Assembly (NCBI GenBank): GCA_963675515.1
Contig: OY776328.1
Span: forward strand, 2,700,001 to 2,732,000
Direction of reading: 5' to 3'
Origin: Coprobacillaceae bacterium
GTDB taxonomy: Bacteria; Bacillota_I; Bacilli_A; Erysipelotrichales; Coprobacillaceae
Length of the DNA: 32,000 nucleotides
This document shows, piece by piece, positions 26,589-32,000 of this stretch. Made by a program: the position numbers and the translations under genes. The number at the start of each line of letters is the position of its first letter. Position 1 is the first letter of the stretch. Below the pieces are notes generated by a model, which saw nothing but the letters and a program-made list of their open reading frames with translations, was not told the origin of the DNA and searched no databases.

Positions 26589-27740
26589 TTACTGTTCGAT
26601 TCCAATTGCTTCTTTTAGTTCTTTGACCCTTTTGAGTTTTTTGTTTTGATACATGGACTCATCCGCCTGTTTGAGCAATGAAGCGAAGCTGACCGCTTCC
26701 TGTCCTTCATAAAACACATGACCAAAACTCATCGAAAGCTGATACGGATTTCCCTCTAGCGAATTGATCTTGTCAATCTTGCCCTTGATGCGCTGTTCTA
26801 TCGCGCCGGCAACGTTTTGGCTGGTAGAATCGATTATCAGCACGAATTCATCGCCACCGATGCGAAAGGCGCTGTCTTTCACCTTGATGTTTTTCACAAG
26901 CAGTTCGGCAGTTTTTATCAGAACCGAATCACCCACCAGGTGTCCATGGCGGTCATTCACCTGTTTGAAACGATCCAGGTCGATCATGACCAGGGTGAAC
27001 GGCTGTCTTTGACGAAGCTTCTGACTTACCTTTTTTTCCAGATTGGTCCTGGTGTACAAGCCAGTCAGCTCATCACGCTTCATCTCATCGCGTTGGACGA
27101 GGATATAGCAACTCAAAGCCACAAGCGACAAAAGCGGCCAGGTAAGAGTCTGCTTGTAGAACATGGTTTGAAAAACCGCCCCGATGATCGGAAATATACC
27201 CAGTGAGAGCATGACGTGATAAAGCCTGGCGTTGATTGTCCGGTTGAATTTACGGATCGAAAGCAGATAGACGACAAAAACCAGGATATTCAATGCCATT
27301 ATGAACACAATACCGATCTGGCGCGAGTAGATGTTGTCATTTGAAATGGTGAAAACAAAGTTGGTGAATGGGTTGGTGGCGACCAGGATAACCACAAGCG
27401 AATTAAGGACTCCGTAGATTCCCAGACGGCGTTTCTTGATTGTTTCATCGATGATGATCGACTCGTCAAAATAGATCAGCCACATGGTAAGGGGCACCAG
27501 AATCGTCATGAAAAGCAGATAATTGAGAAGGTAGTTGAAAAAAAGGCCCCAGGATCCCGGCTGGCCGTCAGCCATCCAGGCAAGCATCTCGAATACCTGG
27601 ATGACAATCAGAGAAATGATTATCAGCTGATAATAGAAAGACGTCTGCGATTTCTGTTTGACCGCAACATGGATATCGTAAAACAAAAACATAAGCATAA
27701 GAATTGCGTAAATATATATATCTATTTGTTGTAGTAACAT
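26589..27740 (-). CDS. Membrane-anchored diguanylate cyclase (GGDEF domain)
   Basis: The N-terminal 200 aa or so contain about 7 TM helices. The C-terminal part carries DELTGLYTR, IDLDRFKQVNDRHGHLVGD and FRIGGDEF. Confidence 0.9.
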   Translation of the reverse strand: MLLQQIDIYIYAILMLMFLFYDIHVAVKQKSQTSFYYQLIIISLIVIQVFEMLAWMADGQPGSWGLFFNYLLNYLLFMTILVPLTMWLIYFDESIIIDETIKKRRLGIYGVLNSLVVILVATNPFTNFVFTISNDNIYSRQIGIVFIMALNILVFVVYLLSIRKFNRTINARLYHVMLSLGIFPIIGAVFQTMFYKQTLTWPLLSLVALSCYILVQRDEMKRDELTGLYTRTNLEKKVSQKLRQRQPFTLVMIDLDRFKQVNDRHGHLVGDSVLIKTAELLVKNIKVKDSAFRIGGDEFVLIIDSTSQNVAGAIEQRIKGKIDKINSLEGNPYQLSMSFGHVFYEGQEAVSFASLLKQADESMYQNKKLKRVKELKEAIGIEQ

Positions 27741-27843
27741 AATAACCCCTTATTACAATTGTGTATAATATCATTTTATTATTTTTTCTTCATCCATGCA
27801 ATAATTTTTTTGCAACAAGACAAATTATCATATATTAATGCAC

Positions 27844-27869
27844 AAAAAAACACCGATTAGAATCGATGT
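27844..27869 (-). terminator. Rho-independent terminator after the DUF3795 gene
   Basis: Minus strand reads ACAUCGAU-UCUA-AUCGGUGU (8 bp, one G-U pair) followed by UUUUUU. Confidence 0.65.
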
Positions 27870-27925
27870 TTAATGAGTTGGTTATTTGCGCCATCAAGCC
27901 GGCAAATTAAACAATTTTTCGTCAT

Positions 27926-28375
27926 TCATTTCTTTTCTTTTATCGGAGTCTTGCGGTCTTTCACCATTTCTTCAAAGTCGCAGTCCAGGCACAATCCGTT
28001 GTGGCAGCATTTTAGTCCCCCGCAAGTGTCGCATCGCCACTTCTCCTGTTGCTCATTCAAAAAGGATGCCATGCCCCTGCTTTCTATCGCCCTTAGATTT
28101 TCAATCATGGACATGTTGTATTTGGTGCGATAACGCTTGTCGAGTCTTTTAAGCGTTTTACAGGGAAAATCTGCGCACTCAAAACAAAACCGGACTTTTC
28201 CATCCTTAAGCAGGGCGCAACGGTCCTTCATATGGAGACAATTCTGGTTTCGCGGGATGCACCCCGGGCAATATTTGCGCCTGAATCCCCGCTTGTTGAG
28301 ATCCCTTTGAAAAAACTGATAGGCGCCACACAGCGCACAGTTCATGCCACAAGGGGCGATCATATCTTCATTCAT
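27926..28375 (-). CDS. Cys-rich DUF3795 family protein
   Basis: 149 aa with CGMNCALCGAY, CPGC, FCFECADFPC and a C-terminal CxxC cluster. Confidence 0.6.
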   Translation of the reverse strand: MNEDMIAPCGMNCALCGAYQFFQRDLNKRGFRRKYCPGCIPRNQNCLHMKDRCALLKDGKVRFCFECADFPCKTLKRLDKRYRTKYNMSMIENLRAIESRGMASFLNEQQEKWRCDTCGGLKCCHNGLCLDCDFEEMVKDRKTPIKEKK

Positions 28376-28384
28376 AACCCACCT

Positions 28385-28774
28385 CTATTTTGAAAAAGAT
28401 CCGATTTCAATCACGTTGCCTTCAGGATCGCTCACAAAGCAGGTCCTCTGTCCCCAGCTTGTGGTGATCGGAGCCTTGATGACCTTTGCGCCTTTGGCCA
28501 CCACTGATTCGAAAGTTTCATCGACCTTAGCGTATGAATCCACATTCAAGGCTATTTCAAAATGGCCACTGATCTTGGGCGCGTAATCGTATTTCCAATC
28601 GGTCAGCTTTTCAAAATCGCTCCGCCGGTACAACATGAACAAGACACCATCCTTTTTGAGGTAAACATTGGATGCGTCTCTTTCCTCTTCAATCGCGAAA
28701 CCCAGCACATCGCGGTAGAAATCGATCATCAGCCCCATATCTTCGACAAAAATCCCAAATCCTTCCAATCGCAT
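28385..28774 (-). CDS. VOC (glyoxalase/bleomycin-resistance/dioxygenase) family protein
   Basis: 129 aa with GFGIFVEDMGLMIDFYRDVLGF.., HFEIALNV, SDPEGNVIEI. Confidence 0.8.
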   Translation of the reverse strand: MRLEGFGIFVEDMGLMIDFYRDVLGFAIEEERDASNVYLKKDGVLFMLYRRSDFEKLTDWKYDYAPKISGHFEIALNVDSYAKVDETFESVVAKGAKVIKAPITTSWGQRTCFVSDPEGNVIEIGSFSK

Positions 28775-28799
28775 TTTTTAGTCCTCCCGTGGCGCAAAC

Positions 28800-29288
28800 C
28801 TATTTTTTCAAATCGGACTCGAGCATCTTGACCCGGGCCTTGATGTTGTATGCATAATCGATGACTTCATGGAAGTATGAGTCATTCATATAGACCGAGT
28901 TGATCATGAAATCGGCAGATGATTTGTTGTTGGCCATTGGAATGTCATAGAGCTGGGCAATGCGAAGCAGCGCCTTGACATCGGGGTCATGAGGTGCGGC
29001 TGTCAGCGGATCGGCAAAAAACACGACAAAATCGATGGCGCCCTCGACAATCTTGGCCCCGATCTGAAGATCGCCGCCCAGGGGACCGGAATTGAATCCA
29101 TGGACATCCAGACCGGCAAATTCCCTGATCATGGTTGATGTCGTACCGGTGCCAAACAGGTTGTGATTATTCAAAACTTCGTAGTTTTCCTGGCACCACT
29201 GGATCAGTTCGCCTTTTTTGGCGTCATGGGCGATCAGGGCGATATTCTTGATTGGTTTTATTTCAAGTCTGACCATTTTGTTTTCCAT
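28800..29288 (-). CDS. mgsA: Methylglyoxal synthase
   Basis: IALIAHDAKKGELIQW, LFGTGTTSTMI, SGPLGGDLQIGA, DPLTAAPHDPDVKALLR. RBS is AAGGAG. Confidence 0.9.
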   Translation of the reverse strand: MENKMVRLEIKPIKNIALIAHDAKKGELIQWCQENYEVLNNHNLFGTGTTSTMIREFAGLDVHGFNSGPLGGDLQIGAKIVEGAIDFVVFFADPLTAAPHDPDVKALLRIAQLYDIPMANNKSSADFMINSVYMNDSYFHEVIDYAYNIKARVKMLESDLKK

Positions 29289-29357
29289 ACTGTTCTCCTT
29301 TTCTTAGCTTTCGATAAAAGCAATAAATTCCCGATACCTGACACATCCCGGATTTGT

Positions 29358-29720
29358 TCACCTTGAAGGTTCGTCCCGCAGAATCTTAGCCATGGCCTTG
29401 CCTTTGGCAAGTTCATCAATCAGCTTGTCAAGATATCGTATTTCTTGCATCAGCGGTTCCTCGATATCCTCGACCCTGACCTTGCAGACAACTCCGGTGA
29501 TGAGCTTGCGATTTGGATTCAATGTCGGGGCCGATTGGAAGAACTTGGTGAAATCAACCTGATTTTCAAGCAATTCTTCCAGCTGCTCCTGATTGTAGCC
29601 CGTCAGCCAGAAAATTATCCGGTCGACTTCTTCTTTGGTGCGCCCTTTCTTTTGGGCCTTGGCCAGGTAGAGGGGATAGACGCTGGCAAAACTCATGGAA
29701 TATATTTTGGTATTTTTCAT
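29358..29720 (-). CDS. DUF2200 family protein
   Basis: [58 protein letters not shown]. The start is ATG 29720 with an AAGGAG RBS. The tracked ORF start at 29798 is upstream of the RBS. Confidence 0.75.
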   Translation of the reverse strand: MKNTKIYSMSFASVYPLYLAKAQKKGRTKEEVDRIIFWLTGYNQEQLEELLENQVDFTKFFQSAPTLNPNRKLITGVVCKVRVEDIEEPLMQEIRYLDKLIDELAKGKAMAKILRDEPSR

Positions 29721-29905
29721 ATTGGCGGCTCCTTGCGCATGGTTATTATCATTTGACTTCCTTACTTTGATTGTAGTCCAAAAACCAGGACAAATCAAAT
29801 GATGCGATGCCTTTTATCGCCTCAGTAAGGAATAACACCCTGAGCGAAAATGGTCAGGGTGTTCTTGCCAAAATGTGGAATGTGAATCAGGTTTGTGTGT
29901 TCAGA

Positions 29906-31120
29906 TCAGGATTTTAGTTTGGATCTGGTTATCGGTCCTACTATGCCATCGGCCCCGATGCCCCGGCTTGTCTGGAAGGCTTTTACTGCCGCCAGGGTCT
30001 TCGGTCCGAATTCGCCATCTGCTACAAGAGGATACTTGTAGTAGGTAAGCATCTGTTGAAGCTGCTTGACTGCCGTACCAACCGAACCGTACTTGAGTGT
30101 CGGCCAGGTGTCGATTGTCGCATTGGATACCGGTGCGGTTGTTGTCGTTGGCGGTGTGGTCGTAGTTGTTCCGGTCTTTAGTTTGGATCTGGTTATCGGT
30201 CCGACTATGCCATCGGCAGCGATGCCCCGGCTTGTCTGGAAGGCTTTTACTGCCGCCAGGGTCTTCGGTCCGAATTCCCCATCGGCTACAAGAGGATACT
30301 TGTAGTAAGTCAGCATTTGTTGCAGCTGCTTGACTGCCGTACCAACCGAACCGTATTTAAGTGTCGGCCAGGTGTCGATTGTCGCATCTGATACCGGTGC
30401 GCTTGTTGAAGTCGAATAGGTATGGTTGACAAGTTCGGGAATGGTGACAAACTGATAGCCTCTCGATCTCAATGTGGTGATGATTGTCGGCAGGGCATAT
30501 TTGGTGTTGACCGCCCCATCGCCGGTGTGCATCAGGACTATTGCCCCCGGAGACGCATTGTCAAGGACCTTGCTGGTGATCGCGGCGGTGGAAACCCCAC
30601 TCCAGTCGATCGTATCGATGGTCCAGTAGATTGTCTTGGTGTATCCCGCATCACCAACCGCCTGCAATACTGTGGAGTTGTAAGCCCCATATGGCGGACG
30701 GAAGTACGGAATGGTCGATTTGCCGGTAAGATTCTTGATTATTGTTTCGGTTTTCTGAAGCTCGCTTACCATTTCACTAGCTGATATCTGGGTGAAATAG
30801 GGATGAGAATAGGAATGGTTGCCAAGGGGATGTCCGGCATCGGCCATCTTTTTGACTGTTGCAGGATGGTGCTCAGCTCCCTGGCCGGTGACAAAGAAGG
30901 TTGCCTTGACATTGTAGCTTGCCAGGATTGCCAGAATCGCTTCACCGTTCCCGCCATCGGACCCGTCATCGAATGTCAGGGCGATGACCTTGTCGGTTGT
31001 TGTGACTTTGGTAATGAGCTGGCTCGCTGTAGCTGATACCTGGCCAAATGCCAGGGAGATAATCATGAAGCTGATGATCAATGACGATAATATTACCTTC
31101 ACTCTGCGTGCTTTTTTCAT
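29906..31120 (-). CDS. Secreted polysaccharide deacetylase (CE4/NodB) with two C-terminal peptidoglycan-binding (PG_binding_1) domains
   Basis: Signal peptide MKKARRVKVILSSLIISFMIISLAFG. NodB motifs TFDDG and HSYSHP. Two near-identical copies of YGSVGTAVKQLQQMLTYYKYPLVADGEFGPKTLAAVKAFQTSRGI.ADGIVGPITRSKL are separated by a Thr/Pro linker. Confidence 0.9.
   Translation of the reverse strand: MKKARRVKVILSSLIISFMIISLAFGQVSATASQLITKVTTTDKVIALTFDDGSDGGNGEAILAILASYNVKATFFVTGQGAEHHPATVKKMADAGHPLGNHSYSHPYFTQISASEMVSELQKTETIIKNLTGKSTIPYFRPPYGAYNSTVLQAVGDAGYTKTIYWTIDTIDWSGVSTAAITSKVLDNASPGAIVLMHTGDGAVNTKYALPTIITTLRSRGYQFVTIPELVNHTYSTSTSAPVSDATIDTWPTLKYGSVGTAVKQLQQMLTYYKYPLVADGEFGPKTLAAVKAFQTSRGIAADGIVGPITRSKLKTGTTTTTPPTTTTAPVSNATIDTWPTLKYGSVGTAVKQLQQMLTYYKYPLVADGEFGPKTLAAVKAFQTSRGIGADGIVGPITRSKLKS
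29913..30401. repeat. Tandem duplication, 264-bp unit x about 1.85, within the deacetylase gene
   Basis: 29913..30176 and 30177..30401 align base for base with about a dozen substitutions. Each unit encodes one PG-binding domain plus linker. Confidence 0.9.
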
Positions 31121-31366
31121 TTGGAATCACCTCTTTAAGGTAACATGATCAATTATTATAACGTCTAAATTTGCCAAAATTGCCGTACCAGCATCTCCCG
31201 ACCTCCTGCGGGGTTAAATATTTACCTGAAAGCTTCCTGCTCCTGATTTATGGCTCACACATCTCTTTTGATCACCAAAAACAATACCATTCTATCTACT
31301 TTAATTATACTACGATTTAGCCATATTTAAACAAAATTAAGCGCTATTTCCGGCTTTTTTATGGAT

Positions 31367-31436
31367 AGAAAAAGGAATTCCAAAAATCGGAACTCCTTAA
31401 AAAAATATCCGAAACCAGTGTTTCAATCCGGTTTCT
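31367..31436 (-). terminator. Two tandem rho-independent terminators after the MFS gene
   Basis: Minus strand reads GAAACCGG-(9 nt)-CUGGUUUC..UUUUUUU, then AAGGAGUUCC-GAUUUUU-GGAAUUCCUU-UUUU. Confidence 0.65.
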
Positions 31437-31454
31437 TGGCAACGAAAAACTCTT

Positions 31455-32000
31455 TCAGGTCTCATTGGAAGCCTTATTGAAGACGATCAGCTTCTGGTCG
31501 AACAGCTGGATGACAACAACAGTGACACTTGCCAACAATGCAATCACCGCGAGATACCTGATCCCCACCAAAGGGATAAGGGCCGCCGAGAGCGATGAGC
31601 CGATGGCCCCACCCAGCTGAATGGCGGTGGAATTGATGCTCAACATGAAACTTGAGCGGTTTTTTGTCAGCTGGGCTATCCCCGAATTGAGCTGCAATCC
31701 CGCAAACCAGGCACTCAAAAGCCAGAAAATTAGAATCACAACGCTTGGCAACGCCAAATTCTGGAATACCAGCAACAAGACCATCGCGACAGCCTGCAGA
31801 CTCATCCCGATAAGCAAAGTCTTGCCATATCCGATCCGGTCTCCGACCTGACCGCCCAAAAGATTACCCGTGAAGCTGGCCAGTCCCAAAAATACCAGAA
31901 TGATGCTCATCGTATTTTCAAGGGAGGGGAAAAGCAGCAGCAGGTATGGCGTCACATACGTATAGAAGGCCCCATAGCCAATGAACATCATCAAAGATGA
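31455..32000 (-). CDS. MFS transporter, C-terminal part (gene continues beyond the window end)
   Basis: Six hydrophobic helices with GNLLGGQVGDRIGY (the MFS loop motif). The frame is open to the window edge. Confidence 0.75.
   Translation of the reverse strand, partial: SSLMMFIGYGAFYTYVTPYLLLLFPSLENTMSIILVFLGLASFTGNLLGGQVGDRIGYGKTLLIGMSLQAVAMVLLLVFQNLALPSVVILIFWLLSAWFAGLQLNSGIAQLTKNRSSFMLSINSTAIQLGGAIGSSLSAALIPLVGIRYLAVIALLASVTVVVIQLFDQKLIVFNKASNET

Overview
This window looks like the chromosome of a Firmicutes-like anaerobe: strong GGAGG ribosome-binding sites, many rho-independent terminators, mostly minus-strand genes. I can support about 40 genes, most of them ordinary metabolic, transport and stress functions: RpiR regulator, DUF3237, citrate synthase, P-type ATPase, patatin/DUF2254 pair, DUF4256, an 8-gene Mrp/Mbh-type antiporter module plus msrB, pirin, two DUF1801 proteins, an acyltransferase, CDF and CorA transporters, MarR-WrbA, a GGDEF protein, a DUF2200-mgsA-VOC-DUF3795 cluster, a CE4 deacetylase and a partial MFS transporter. 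I found no rRNA, tRNA or CRISPR array, and no clear novel multi-gene system such as a defence island. Signals worth a second look: (1) A complete 2590-nt group II intron (75..2664, minus) sits inside a GH1 phospho-beta-glucosidase gene, in the Glu codon of the TFNE catalytic motif. It has readable 5' GUGCG, EBS1/IBS1 pairing, domain V, a domain VI bulged A and exact in-frame exon restoration. Its RT/maturase/HNH ORF carries a 1-nt frameshift, and domain V reads CGC at the triad position. (2) A yybP-ykoY (Mn2+) riboswitch whose P1 3' strand overlaps the terminator lies upstream of a SERCA/PMCA-like P-type ATPase. (3) A stand-alone Mbh-type Mrp module (E-F-G-DUF4040-B'-B-C-D) has only one antiporter-like subunit and no redox module, and msrB follows it directly. 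(4) An IS1202-group (ISNCY) insertion sequence is flanked by a perfect 28-bp target duplication. (5) Several decayed genes are present: a 37-codon hcp stub that keeps the full Cys motif, and a DUF1905 gene with a +1 insertion and an in-frame TGA. (6) DUF2254 and patatin phospholipase genes overlap translationally. All family assignments come from motif recognition by eye, without database searches.
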